A DNA stretch of 32,000 bases from NCBI RefSeq assembly GCF_042660085.1, contig NZ_JBHSTI010000058.1:16665-48664 (forward strand). The letters run 5' to 3'. Positions within the stretch are counted from its first letter, which is position 1. Each line of letters opens with the position of its first letter. The notes under the pieces are model-generated. The model was not told the origin of the DNA. It searched no databases and was given only the letters and a program-made list of their open reading frames with translations. The translations under genes were made by a program, and so were the position numbers. Shown piece after piece: positions 1 to 8,902 of the stretch. Source of the stretch: Longivirga aurantiaca. GTDB taxonomy: Bacteria; Actinomycetota; Actinomycetes; S36-B12; CAIYMF01.

Positions 1-73
1 GCGGGCCCGGGCGGCCCGAGCCCCGCACGCGTCGCGCCGCGACCCGCGCGCCTGGCTCGCCGCCGCGCTCGGT

Positions 74-3000
74 GTGCTGGTCGTCCTTCTGGCGGCGGGC
101 CTCCCGCTGGCCTGGGCCGAGCCGCTCCTCTCGATGCCGGCGTACCTGCTGCCCGTGGCGGTCGCGGCGCTGGCCGCGGCTGTCGCGGCCCGGGCCGCGG
201 CGACCGGCCGGCGTGCCGGCAGCGTCGTCGTCGCCCTCGCTGCTGCGACCGGCTATGTGCTCGCGGTGCGGCTGGCCGACCATGCGCTCGCCGACGTGCT
301 CGGCTGGAGCCCGCCGGCCTGGGGCGAGCCGGGCACGGCGCTGCTCGCGGGCGCCGTGGCGGGCCTCCTGCTCGTGGGCGCCGTGGGCTGGCTGCTCGAC
401 GCGCGGCTGCGGCGGGGCGCCATGCCGGGCCTCGCCGCCCGGGTCGGTCGCTCGGTCCACGCCCCGGTCGCCGCCCTGCCGCGGATCGCGCTTCCCGCGC
501 CCGTTCCGGGCAGCGGCCTGCCCGCACCGGAGCCCGCCCTGGTCGTCGAGGCCACCGTCACCGCCGCCGAGGTCGTGGCGCCGAGCTGGCCGCTGGCCGC
601 GTTCGTGGCGAGCAACCCCCTCGCCGGGCTCGAGCACCTGGACTTCGCCGACGCGGTCGACGCCGCTGCAGCCACCTGGGGTGCGCGCACCGAGATCGAC
701 GCTGCGCTGCTGCGGGCGTCCCTGGACGACGGCGTGCTCGACCCGGCTGCGCTCCAGCGCGTCGCCGCCACGGTGGCCCCGGGCCTCGACCTCCCGCTGC
801 AGGGGTGCGTACGCGAGCGGTCGGCCCTCGTCGCCGCGGCGCTGCTCGCCGAGGAGCCCCCGCAGGACGACGTCGACTGGGTGCGGTCGGCCCTCGGTGC
901 CCGGTCGTGGGGCCGGTCGCGCCGCCGGCTCGTGTCGTCGCCCGCCGAGGCGGCCGCGGACGGACGTCCCGAGCTGGTCGCCCTCGACTCACGCGGCCGC
1001 GACCTGGTCGCGACGTACGCCGCCCGCAGCTACGGCGCGGCGTCGTGGCCCTCGCCGTACCCCGGTGTCTGGGACGCCGTCCGCGGCGACGCCGCGCACC
1101 TCGACCGCCTGCTCCGCACGCGCGGCGCCGCCGGGTGGGTCGCCAGCATGCCGGTCGCACCGGCCGAGGCCGTGGCGGAGGCGCTGGCGCGGTGCGGCGT
1201 GCTCGCCGACGACGTCGTGCCCGCGCTGTCGCGGGTGCTCGCCCGCGACCCGGGCTGGGTCGCGCACCTCGCGTGGCGGCGCCGGGTCGGCCGTGCCGAC
1301 GGCGTGGTCGAGCTGCTCGACCTGCTCGCCGCCCGCCTCGTCCTGGAGTCGCTGGTGGTGGCGGCCGCCGGCCCGCGGGCCGCGCTCGTGCGGGACGTCG
1401 AGGACGACCTCGCTCCGGTGGTGGCGATGCTGATCCGCGCATCCGGCGCGCCCCGGGACTCCGTCGCGCCGGCCGCGCTCGACGCGCTGCGCGAGATCGC
1501 GGTCGAGATGCTCGAGGAGGGCCTCGGGCTGCTGCGGCTGCGCGCGCTCGAGGAGTCGTACCGGCGTCCGCTCATCCAGCACCTCGCCGCGCGCGCCGAG
1601 GTGCTGGCCGGCGCACCCGTCGCCGGGCAGGCGGATGCTCAGGTGGTCGCGTGCATCGACGTGCGGTCCGAGCGCCTGCGCCGCGCGCTCGAGGCGCGCG
1701 GTCCCTGGGAGACCCTCGGCGCGGCCGGCTTCTTCGGGCTGCCGCTGGCGCACTGCTCCGCCTCGGGTGCTCTCACCGAGCGGCTGCCCGCGCTGCTGCG
1801 TCCTGCGCACGTGGTCTCCGAGCCGCAGCGTGCGACGCCGTGGGCCGAGTCGGTCCTGGGCGAGACGTCGGACGCTGTGCACGCGGTCGAGCTCGCGCCG
1901 GCGGCGCCGTTCGCGCTCGCCGAGGCGGCCGGCTGGGTGTCCGGCCCGTCCGCCCTCCTGCACACCGTCCTCCCCCGCCTGTGGGGCCAGGTCCGGCCGG
2001 GCGGGGAGTCGGTCCCTGAGGGCGTGCTCGACCTCGAGCAGGGATCCGGCGCGCCCGCGGGCTTCGGGCTCGACGAGCTCGTGGCGGCTGCGGCGGCGTT
2101 CCTGCGCACGACGGGGCTGCTCCACCCGGCCCCGGTGGTGCTGCTCCTCGGGCACGGCGGTCACGCGGCGAACAACCCGCACGTCGCGGCGTACGACTGC
2201 GGCGCCTGCGGCGGCTTCGCCGGCGACGTGAGCGCGCGGGCCATGGCCCAGGTGCTCAACGACCCTCGGGTGCGCGACGGCCTGCGGGCCCAGGGCATCG
2301 ATCTGCCCGCCGCCACCTGGTTCGGCGCTGCGCTGCACGACACGACCCGCGACCGGGTGAGCATGCTCGTCGACGTCCCGCCCGCGTGCGCGGACGTGGT
2401 CGCGAGGCTCCTCGACGACGTGGCGGGCGCGTGCGACGCCGTGGCGGCGGAGAGGGCGCCGCTGCTGCCCGAGCGGCTGCCGGCCGACACCGCGCGGCTG
2501 CGCGGCGCGCTCGACTCGCGGGCCGTCGACTGGGCGCAGGTGCGGCCCGAGTGGGGCCTGGCCCGGAACGCCGCGATCGTGATCGGGCCCCGGAGCCTGA
2601 CCGATGCGCTCGACCTCGACGGCCGGGTGTTCCTGCAGTCCTACCGTGCCGAGCTCGACGAGGACGGCTCGTCGCTCGACTTCCTCATGAGCGCGCCGCT
2701 CGTGGTGGCGCAGTGGATCTCGTCGCAGTACTGGTGCTCCACCGTGGACCCGCTGCGGTTCGGTGCCGGCGACAAGACCACCCACAACGTCCTGACGTCG
2801 GCGTCCGGCGAGCCCGCACCGCTGACGGCCGTCGTCACCGGTGCCCGCGGCGACCTCCGCATCGGGCTGCCCTGGCAGGCCGTCTCGGCGAGCGCGCCGT
2901 CGGGCGGGCGGTGGACCGAGCGGCCGTTCCACGAGCCGCTGCGTCTGCTGGCGGTGATCCACGCGTCGACCAGCGCGGTCGAGGCGGTCCTGGCACGGCG

Positions 3001-3181
3001 GCCCGAGGTCGCCCGGCTGGTGCTGGGCGGGTGGGTGTCGCTCGTGGTCCTCGACCCCGCGACGGGTGCGGCCTGGCGACGCGATCCGGAGGCCGGCTGG
3101 GTGCCTGCCGAGCACGTCGTGGGCGGCCACGCCGTCCTCGATCGAGCAGGGGACGAGGTGCCGGGGTCGAACGTCGGGTGA
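74..3181 (+). CDS. dabA: DabA-type (DUF2309/YbcC family) inorganic carbon transporter subunit
   Basis: 1035-aa ORF. It carries the DUF2309 hallmarks WPLAAFVASNPLAG, ACIDVRSE (Cys/Asp codons at nt 1652-1660) and GHGGHAANNPHVAAYDCGACGG (about nt 2147-2215), which are the beta-CA-like Zn-ligand motifs described for DabA. The frame is open back to nt 2 and the first ~150 aa are hydrophobic. The true start may therefore lie upstream of the window or at ATG 422. Confidence 0.85.
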   Translation: MLVVLLAAGLPLAWAEPLLSMPAYLLPVAVAALAAAVAARAAATGRRAGSVVVALAAATGYVLAVRLADHALADVLGWSPPAWGEPGTALLAGAVAGLLLVGAVGWLLDARLRRGAMPGLAARVGRSVHAPVAALPRIALPAPVPGSGLPAPEPALVVEATVTAAEVVAPSWPLAAFVASNPLAGLEHLDFADAVDAAAATWGARTEIDAALLRASLDDGVLDPAALQRVAATVAPGLDLPLQGCVRERSALVAAALLAEEPPQDDVDWVRSALGARSWGRSRRRLVSSPAEAAADGRPELVALDSRGRDLVATYAARSYGAASWPSPYPGVWDAVRGDAAHLDRLLRTRGAAGWVASMPVAPAEAVAEALARCGVLADDVVPALSRVLARDPGWVAHLAWRRRVGRADGVVELLDLLAARLVLESLVVAAAGPRAALVRDVEDDLAPVVAMLIRASGAPRDSVAPAALDALREIAVEMLEEGLGLLRLRALEESYRRPLIQHLAARAEVLAGAPVAGQADAQVVACIDVRSERLRRALEARGPWETLGAAGFFGLPLAHCSASGALTERLPALLRPAHVVSEPQRATPWAESVLGETSDAVHAVELAPAAPFALAEAAGWVSGPSALLHTVLPRLWGQVRPGGESVPEGVLDLEQGSGAPAGFGLDELVAAAAAFLRTTGLLHPAPVVLLLGHGGHAANNPHVAAYDCGACGGFAGDVSARAMAQVLNDPRVRDGLRAQGIDLPAATWFGAALHDTTRDRVSMLVDVPPACADVVARLLDDVAGACDAVAAERAPLLPERLPADTARLRGALDSRAVDWAQVRPEWGLARNAAIVIGPRSLTDALDLDGRVFLQSYRAELDEDGSSLDFLMSAPLVVAQWISSQYWCSTVDPLRFGAGDKTTHNVLTSASGEPAPLTAVVTGARGDLRIGLPWQAVSASAPSGGRWTERPFHEPLRLLAVIHASTSAVEAVLARRPEVARLVLGGWVSLVVLDPATGAAWRRDPEAGWVPAEHVVGGHAVLDRAGDEVPGSNVG

Positions 3182-3311
3182 GCCTGCGGCGCATCTCTCG
3201 GTCGGCTCACGGGCGGGGGTAACCCCCAGGAGGAGCGAGCCGGAGCCGATGGCGCGAGCGGGACGCCCTCCCGCACGCCCGGCTCCCGGAGGCTCTTCCT
3301 GCACGTCCGGG

Positions 3312-3947
3312 TCAGGCGGGGCGGTCGACCAGGTGCTCCTTGGCCCACACCGCGGCGCTGGTGCGGTCGCCGACCCCGAGCCGTGTGAAGACGTTCGTGA
3401 GATGCCCCTTCACGGTGCGCTCGCTGATGCCGAGCCGACGCGCGATCTGGCCGTTGGTGAGGCCGCGCACGACCAGGAGCAGCACGTCGCGCTCGCGCTC
3501 GGTGAGGTCGTCGGCCGGGGTGGTGGTGGGGGCCATCCGTCGGTTGAGGGCCACGCGCGCGGCCTTCGGGTGCAGCGGCGACTCGCCACGTGCGGCCGCG
3601 CGGACGGCACCCACGATCTCGTCCGGCTCGGAGTCCTTGAGCATGTAGCCGACCGCGCCGGCGTCGAGCGCGTCGAGGATGCGCTCGGGGTCGGAGAACG
3701 ACGTGAGCGCGACGACCGCGACGGTGTCGTCCATCGCGACGATCTCGGCCGTGGCGCTGGTGCCGTCGCGGCCGGGCATGGACAGGTCCATGAGCACCAC
3801 GTGCGGCTGGTGCTCGCGCACGGCGTCCACGGCGTCGCCCGCGTTGCTCACCGCCGCGACCACGCGGATGTCGTCCTGGGTCTCGAGCATGAGCGCCACA
3901 CCGTGCCGGAGCACGGGGTGGTCGTCGACGACCACGACGTCGATCAC
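3312..3947 (-). CDS. NarL/LuxR-family two-component response regulator
   Basis: Receiver domain (VVVVDDHPVLRHG, VVLMDLSMPGRDG) plus C-terminal LuxR HTH (LTERERDVLLLVVRGLTNGQIARRLGISERTVKGHLTNVF). The GTG start at 3947 overlaps the kinase stop (GTGA, 3944-3947). The 551-aa ORF in the track is an over-extension. Confidence 0.9.
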   Translation of the reverse strand: MIDVVVVDDHPVLRHGVALMLETQDDIRVVAAVSNAGDAVDAVREHQPHVVLMDLSMPGRDGTSATAEIVAMDDTVAVVALTSFSDPERILDALDAGAVGYMLKDSEPDEIVGAVRAAARGESPLHPKAARVALNRRMAPTTTPADDLTERERDVLLLVVRGLTNGQIARRLGISERTVKGHLTNVFTRLGVGDRTSAAVWAKEHLVDRPA

Positions 3948-5524
3948 AGGGGGATCCTCGCTGTGAGCTCGGTGCCCTCGTGGGGCGCCGTACGGACGGA
4001 CAGGGTGCCGCGGACCTCGGCGAGCGAGTCCTCGAGCAGCGCGAGGCCGAGGTGCCCGGCGGGGGTGGCGGCCGAGGGATGAGCGGGGTCCTCGAGCGCG
4101 AATCCCTTGCCGTCGTCGGCCACGGTCAGCGTGACGGCATCGGCGCTCTGCACGATCGCGACCCGCACCCGCGTGGCCTCGGCGTGCTTGACGATGTTGC
4201 GCACCGACTCCTGCGCGACGCGGAACAGCGCGGTCTCGACGTCCTCCGGGAGGTTGGCCGCGCCATCGACGTCGAGCTCGACGTCGATCTCGCGGCTCGC
4301 GAGCTGCGCGGTGAGGTCGCTGAGCGCCGCGGCGAGCCCGGCACGGCGCAGGCCGGGCGGGTAGATCTCGACCAGGAGCGAGCGGAGCCCGCGCACGCCC
4401 TGGCGCAGCTCGGTCGCTGCGTTGCGCACGGTGCTCGCCGCCCAGCTCTGGTCGGCGGAGGTCAGCTGCTCCGAGCGCAGCTTGTCGGCGACGCCGGACA
4501 GCGCATAGCTCGATCCCGCGAGCGACTGCACGATGCCGTCGTGCAGGTGCGCGGCGATGCGCCGGCGCTCGGTCGTCGACGCGTCGAGCGCGTGCTGCAG
4601 CAGCCGCATCCGCTCGGCGCGCGCCCGGTCGAGGCTGCGCGCCAGCGACCACGCGACGGGGACGAGGACGAGCAGCAGCAGCACCATGCCGCCGATCGTG
4701 ATGGGCGCGAACTCGCCGAGGACGTCGCCCTGACGGGCGTCGACCGCGGTGCGCGTCTGGTAGGTCTCGAACAGCAGCGTCTCGCCCGCCGGCGTCCACA
4801 CCGGGAGGTAGACCTCGAGCAGCGGGCCGCTGCCGCCGTCGAAGCGGTTCTCCGGACGTTCGAGGTCGCTCGCCTCGGCGACCGCGACCCCGCCGGTGTC
4901 GATGACCTCGAGTTCCTCGTCGCCGAGGGCGTACTGCGAGCCGATGAGACGCGGCTCGTCCGACCACACGATGACGCCGTCGCGGTTCCAGATCTTCACG
5001 CGGACGACGTCAGCGCTCAGCATCCGCTCCTGCACCAGTGCCGCGAACTCGGCCTGGGCGACGGCGTCGCCGTCGATCAGCGCCTGGGTGAGCTCGGGCT
5101 GCACCAGCGCGGCGGCGAGGGTGATCGTGCGCTGGCGCGCGTCCTCGATCGCCTCCCGCTCGGCGGCGCGGCTCGCTGCGAACCACACACCGGCGGACAC
5201 GAGCAGCAGGGCGACCACGCCCGCGGCGATGAAGCGGGTCATGGCCTGACGCACCACCGTCTGAGGGGGATCAGACGGTGGCGCGCCAGGGGCCGAGGTC
5301 GCTCGCTCGAGCATGTCCACCTCGTCGACCTCCGGATCCCCCTGGGCCCAGGACCCACCGGAGGTCGGAGCCTCGCGGTGGGCGGGCTCGTCGGAGTGGG
5401 CGACGGAGGCCATGACGGTGGCCGACGTCGACGACGAACCCGGTGCCCAGGGCGTGAGGCGCCGACCGGCGGACCGGACGCGAGCACCCTGCGGCACCGC
5501 GGGTAGGGCCCACCAGCCGTCCAT
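3944..5524 (-). CDS. HisKA_3-type sensor histidine kinase
   Basis: Two TM segments (IAAGVVALLLVSAGVWFAA; ITIGGMVLLLLVLVPVAWSLA). H-box RRIAAHLHDGIVQSLAG. HATPase_c motifs (ESVRNIVKHAEA, DDGKGF, GHLGLALLED). The start is uncertain, with alternatives at 5413 or 5314. Confidence 0.85.
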   Translation of the reverse strand: MDGWWALPAVPQGARVRSAGRRLTPWAPGSSSTSATVMASVAHSDEPAHREAPTSGGSWAQGDPEVDEVDMLERATSAPGAPPSDPPQTVVRQAMTRFIAAGVVALLLVSAGVWFAASRAAEREAIEDARQRTITLAAALVQPELTQALIDGDAVAQAEFAALVQERMLSADVVRVKIWNRDGVIVWSDEPRLIGSQYALGDEELEVIDTGGVAVAEASDLERPENRFDGGSGPLLEVYLPVWTPAGETLLFETYQTRTAVDARQGDVLGEFAPITIGGMVLLLLVLVPVAWSLARSLDRARAERMRLLQHALDASTTERRRIAAHLHDGIVQSLAGSSYALSGVADKLRSEQLTSADQSWAASTVRNAATELRQGVRGLRSLLVEIYPPGLRRAGLAAALSDLTAQLASREIDVELDVDGAANLPEDVETALFRVAQESVRNIVKHAEATRVRVAIVQSADAVTLTVADDGKGFALEDPAHPSAATPAGHLGLALLEDSLAEVRGTLSVRTAPHEGTELTARIPL

Positions 5525-5681
5525 GAGTACCGGTACCTCCCGCTCGGGTCGTCGGTGTTCGCCGCGTCGTGAGCAGACTGTGCGCCCTGCCGAGAGGTGG
5601 TTGAAGGGTCACCGACGGACCGTGCCCGAACCTTGGACGAATCTGTGACGTCGCTCCGACGCTCGTTCGCTCTGACCGGTC

Positions 5682-5890
5682 GTGCCGCGCACTGTCCCCA
5701 CGTCGGACGCAGCAGGTCCCCGGTACGTCTCGACGGGCCACCTGCCCGACGCAGCGGACATCGCCAGGCTCGTGGGCGATGCGTGCGCGGAGGCGCGCGA
5801 TGTCCAGGACGGCACCGTCTCGCAGGTGTATCCGGCGCTGGCCCGCTCGCCCGCCGACCTCTGCGGCGTCTGCGTCGTGGGCGCGGCGTC
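5682..5890 (+). pseudogene. Possible 5' remnant of a glutaminase (glsA-like) gene
   Basis: The translation YVSTGHLPDAADIARLVGDACAEARDVQDGTVSQVYPALARSPADLCGVCVVGAAS has the pattern of glutaminase N-termini (x-Y-I/P-P-A-L-A...P..FG..VV..G). The catalytic S-x-x-K core never follows, and the frame runs into the 3' end of the convergent protease gene. Pattern-level call only. Confidence 0.35.
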
Positions 5891-5939
5891 GGTCAGACGA
5901 GCGACGAGAGGGCGAGCCGAGCGGACGTGCTGCTACGCG

Positions 5940-7448
5940 TCACTTCGTGACGGTGGTGGTCGCCGTCCCGCCGTCCCATGAGGTGCCGGCCTTGACCACG
6001 CCCGTGACCGTGTACGTGACGCTGGTGACGTTGAGGCTCAGCGAGACCGACACGCTGCAGGAACCGGTCGAGCCGGTGGTGCAGGTGGCGGTGCCGGTCG
6101 CACCTCCCGATCGGGTCACCGTGACAGTGGCCCCGCTGACCGGCCCGCCGGTGGCCGTGTCCGTCACCGTGGTGGTGGCGGTGGCCGTCCACGACCTCTT
6201 GGCCAGCTTCTTGCTCCCACTGATCGATGCGGCGGTCGTGATCATGGGCGCAGGAGCGGGGGCGGTGAAGAGCAGGCGGTTGGGCGACCCGGTGCCCGGG
6301 GAGCCGACGACACCTGTGGTCGCCTGGCCGACGAGGGCGTCGCGCACCTGCGCCGGAGTGAGGTTCGGCGACTGCTGCAACAGCAGGGCGGCGGCACCTG
6401 CCACGTGCGGGGCAGCCATCGACGTTCCGCTCTTGCTCGTCGACCCCGTGTCGCTCGTGTACGACGCCGACACGATGCCGGCGAACAGCCCGTCGCCACC
6501 CGGCGCGAACAGGTCGAGGCAGGCGCCGTAGTTGGAGTAGTTCGCGCGCGCATCGCTCCTCGTCGTCGCGCCGACGGTGACCCCTTCTGCGACACGGGCG
6601 GGGGAGAAGGTTGCGCAGCCGTCGGTGTTGTCGTTGCCGGCCGCGAGCGTGTAGGTGACGCCCGCCGCGATGGAGGCGCGGACGGCGTCGTCGAGAGGCT
6701 GGCTCGGGTCGCCGCCCAGGCTCATGTTGGCCACCATCGGTACGCCCGGGCTCGCCGTCTTCTGCGACGTGACCCAGTCAATGCCGGCGATCACTTGCGC
6801 GTCGGTGCCGTTGCCGGTGCAGTCGAGCACGCGAACGGCCTTCAGGGTCACGGCCTTCGCGACCCCGAAGCTCGAGCCGCCCACCGTGCCGGCCACGTGC
6901 GTGCCGTGCCCCTGGCAGTCCGCAGCGCTACCGCCCGCCGTGATGGCGTCGTACCCCGTCGAGGCGCGACCACCGAACGTGGTGTGCGTGAAGCGGATGC
7001 CGGTGTCGAGCACGAACACCGTCACGCCCGCGCCCGTGGCGTCGTAGCGGTACGCCGAGTCCAGCGGCAGGGCGCGCTGGTCGATGCGGTCGAGTCCCCA
7101 GGACGGCGGGTTGGTCTGCGTGGTGTCGACATGCTTGCGGCCGTCGCGCGCGACGTAGGCGACCTGCGGTGAGCGCGCCAGCGCCGCGGCGGCGGCCGCG
7201 GACGCCGTGATCGAGAAGCCGCGCAGCGCATGCTGGTACACGAACCCCACCTGGCCGCCCACTCGGCGGGCCTGCTCGGCCGCGACATCGGGCACCTGGT
7301 AGCCCGCCACCCCGTTGAGGACGACGATCCAGGTCGACGTGGGTGTGGCCGCCTGCGCCGGTGCCGCGAGACCCGTAGCCGCCAGGGCCCCGAGGGCCAG
7401 GCCGACGGTCGCCGTCAACGCTGTCGTGCCTCGTCCGAGCATGCTCAT
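5940..7448 (-). CDS. Secreted S8 (subtilisin/proteinase K-like) serine peptidase with I9 propeptide and Thr/Gly-rich C-terminal beta domain
   Basis: Catalytic triad motifs VFVLDTGI (Asp), GHGTHVAGT (His) and GTSMAAPHVAG (Ser). Signal peptide MSMLGRGTTALTATVGLALGALAATGLAAPAQA. ATG at 7448 is preceded by GGAGAG. The ORF-track start 7514 is probably an over-extension. Confidence 0.9.
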   Translation of the reverse strand: MSMLGRGTTALTATVGLALGALAATGLAAPAQAATPTSTWIVVLNGVAGYQVPDVAAEQARRVGGQVGFVYQHALRGFSITASAAAAAALARSPQVAYVARDGRKHVDTTQTNPPSWGLDRIDQRALPLDSAYRYDATGAGVTVFVLDTGIRFTHTTFGGRASTGYDAITAGGSAADCQGHGTHVAGTVGGSSFGVAKAVTLKAVRVLDCTGNGTDAQVIAGIDWVTSQKTASPGVPMVANMSLGGDPSQPLDDAVRASIAAGVTYTLAAGNDNTDGCATFSPARVAEGVTVGATTRSDARANYSNYGACLDLFAPGGDGLFAGIVSASYTSDTGSTSKSGTSMAAPHVAGAAALLLQQSPNLTPAQVRDALVGQATTGVVGSPGTGSPNRLLFTAPAPAPMITTAASISGSKKLAKRSWTATATTTVTDTATGGPVSGATVTVTRSGGATGTATCTTGSTGSCSVSVSLSLNVTSVTYTVTGVVKAGTSWDGGTATTTVTK

Positions 7449-7597
7449 GGGTTCTCTCCGTCGCCTCGCGGGACCCGACCCCCGTCGGCCAGGGTAGGGC
7501 CCACCAGCGGCCACGACCAGGCTTCCACGGGCGGGCAGGGTGCCGCGGCGACGTCAGCGCGGTGGGCTGAGAGGACGTGGTGGCTCCACCCGATTCT

Positions 7598-7627
7598 GAG
7601 CGGGTGACGGGATCCGTCCCGCGTCCC
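7598..7627 (-). repeat. Degenerate copy of the tRNA-Gly 3' end (T-arm/acceptor), a putative old att remnant
   Basis: 7598-7612 (GAGCGGGTGACGGGA) is identical to 11738-11752 inside the tRNA-Gly fragment. Further partial identity follows (TC, CCCGC) after a 1-nt gap. Confidence 0.55.
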
Positions 7628-7639
7628 CCTGCGGAGCGA

Positions 7640-7684
7640 CGAAGCCCTGTCCTGGCCGGCTTCGCCGGCGGGGACAGGGCTTCG
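7640..7684. terminator. Long GC-rich hairpin (13-bp outer stem plus 6-bp inner stem)
   Basis: CGAAGCCCTGTCC (7640-7652) pairs perfectly with GGACAGGGCTTCG (7672-7684). The inner part is GCCGGC-TTC-GCCGGC (7655-7669). No U-tract. The right arm is part of the 20/21 match to 11720-11740. Confidence 0.35.
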
Positions 7685-7698
7685 AGCGGAGAAGTGAC
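7671..7698 (-). repeat. Second decayed copy of tRNA-Gly 3' terminus plus its downstream flank
   Basis: 7671-7691 GGGACAGGGCTTCGAGCGGAG versus 11720-11740 GGGACGGGGCTTCGAGCGGAG (20/21). This is followed by GTGAC in both (7694-7698 / 11744-11748). Confidence 0.5.
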
Positions 7699-7936
7699 CG
7701 CGGACGTAGGGGTTCTGCGCGGCCTGGCGGCTCCCAGAGGCGGATCCGGCTGGACCGCGGACGTCCGTTCCAGAGGCCCGAATCGCTGCACGCTCTGGCA
7801 AAGCAACGTGTGGAAGGTGCGGCCCGCCCGTGTGGCTGCGAGGAGCGATGCAGGGGCTGCCCCTGGAGAGGTGACGTTGTCAGCGTCACGGCGTCACGGC
7901 GTCACGCCGCTCGGCGTCCAGCACGACCGCGGGTCG

Positions 7937-8902
7937 TCAGGCCGATTCGATCTCGGGGAACACCCAGCCGCCGTCGAGGACCTCGGGTCTGGGTCGGTAG
8001 AGGCGCACGGTGTAGTTCCAGCCGTCCATGATCCGCAGACAGTTGGGGCGCCCGTCGCCGCAGCCGCCGAAGTGCACGACGACGGAGCCGTCGTCCTCCA
8101 CCTGCGCGGTGAACTGGTTCACGCTGCAGCCGCCTTCGTCGCTGGCCTCGAAGAAGCCGTCGGCGTTGTAGACGGAGAGGGACCAGAACGCGTCGACGGG
8201 CACGTCGCGGACCACGAGCCGGTACTCGCCGACGGGCAATCCGGGGTCGACGGTGAGGTAGTGGGCCTCGGTGTCGGGAAGGCCGCCCCACCCGATGGCT
8301 GTGCCGATGAGGTGCCGTACCGGGTCCACGTCGTCCTTGCGGCCGAACATGCCGGTCGCGCCGTCCACGGTCCGGCCCAGCGCGAGCAGTGCGGCCCGGA
8401 CGCTGTCGAAGGAGGCCTGGTCGTAGCTCGGCATGGCGAGCGGCACACTGGACGCCGCGACCACGCTCAGCCCGTCCTGGACGGCGTTCGCGGAAGCCAC
8501 GTCAGCGGCGTCGGCCGGGTCGGCCAGGACGCGCGCAACCAGGGTGACGTAGCGCGTGCCGTGGTCGGCCTGTTGGAGACGGTGCTGGCCGGCGTCGTGC
8601 AGCACCTGGTTGATGTAGTGGTCGGCGTTGACGACCGCGACGGACAGGTAGCGCCCGGAGCTGTCGGGGACGGTGACGGTGGCGCCGTCGGCGAGGTCGA
8701 CGACGGCGAAGCTGTAGAGGGTGTCGCGGTTCATCCGGACGACGGTCTGCTGGTCCAGCGGCGTGGGGACCCGGACGTGGTGGAAGCGGTTGATGCCGCC
8801 ACCGCCGGCCATCAGGTTGGTCATCATCCGGGCGGTCTCGGCCGCGACGAAGTTGTCGACGCTGACCTTGATCGCGGCGCCCGCTGGTGTGGTCACGACC
8901 AC
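7937..8902 (-). CDS. DUF1254/DUF1214 domain-containing protein
   Basis: 321 aa. DUF1254-like [13 protein letters not shown] and [35 protein letters not shown]1214-like [18 protein letters not shown] and [13 protein letters not shown]. The GTG start overlaps the upstream gene by 10 nt. Confidence 0.8.
   Translation of the reverse strand: MVVTTPAGAAIKVSVDNFVAAETARMMTNLMAGGGGINRFHHVRVPTPLDQQTVVRMNRDTLYSFAVVDLADGATVTVPDSSGRYLSVAVVNADHYINQVLHDAGQHRLQQADHGTRYVTLVARVLADPADAADVASANAVQDGLSVVAASSVPLAMPSYDQASFDSVRAALLALGRTVDGATGMFGRKDDVDPVRHLIGTAIGWGGLPDTEAHYLTVDPGLPVGEYRLVVRDVPVDAFWSLSVYNADGFFEASDEGGCSVNQFTAQVEDDGSVVVHFGGCGDGRPNCLRIMDGWNYTVRLYRPRPEVLDGGWVFPEIESA

Noticed and set aside
3215-3227. GGGGG-TAA-CCCCC hairpin between the convergent dabA and response-regulator genes, considered as a bidirectional terminator.
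   Set aside because: It has only a 5-bp stem with a 3-nt loop and no U/A tract, which is too weak to call.
989-3304. Very long antisense or alternate-frame ORFs throughout the track (e.g. 989-3304 minus, 72-1433 plus, 7577-9025 plus, 9734-11662 plus, 24788-27076 minus, 21610-23220 upstream part).
   Set aside because: Their translations are Arg/Pro/Gly/Ala-rich and of low complexity, which is typical of non-coding frames in ~73% G+C DNA. Each overlaps a frame with clear family motifs.
7515-7597. A riboswitch or sRNA in the long 5' region of the S8 protease gene.
   Set aside because: I recognise no conserved riboswitch core. The structured and repeated sequences nearby are better explained as att/tRNA remnants.
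7871-7906. Tandem 8-bp repeat GCGTCACG x3 (7883-7906) preceded by an inverted GTGACG (7871-7876).
   Set aside because: It is too short to distinguish from slippage or chance in GC-rich intergenic DNA. It shares only CGTCAC with the 15.5-kb motif, and no functional inference is supportable.
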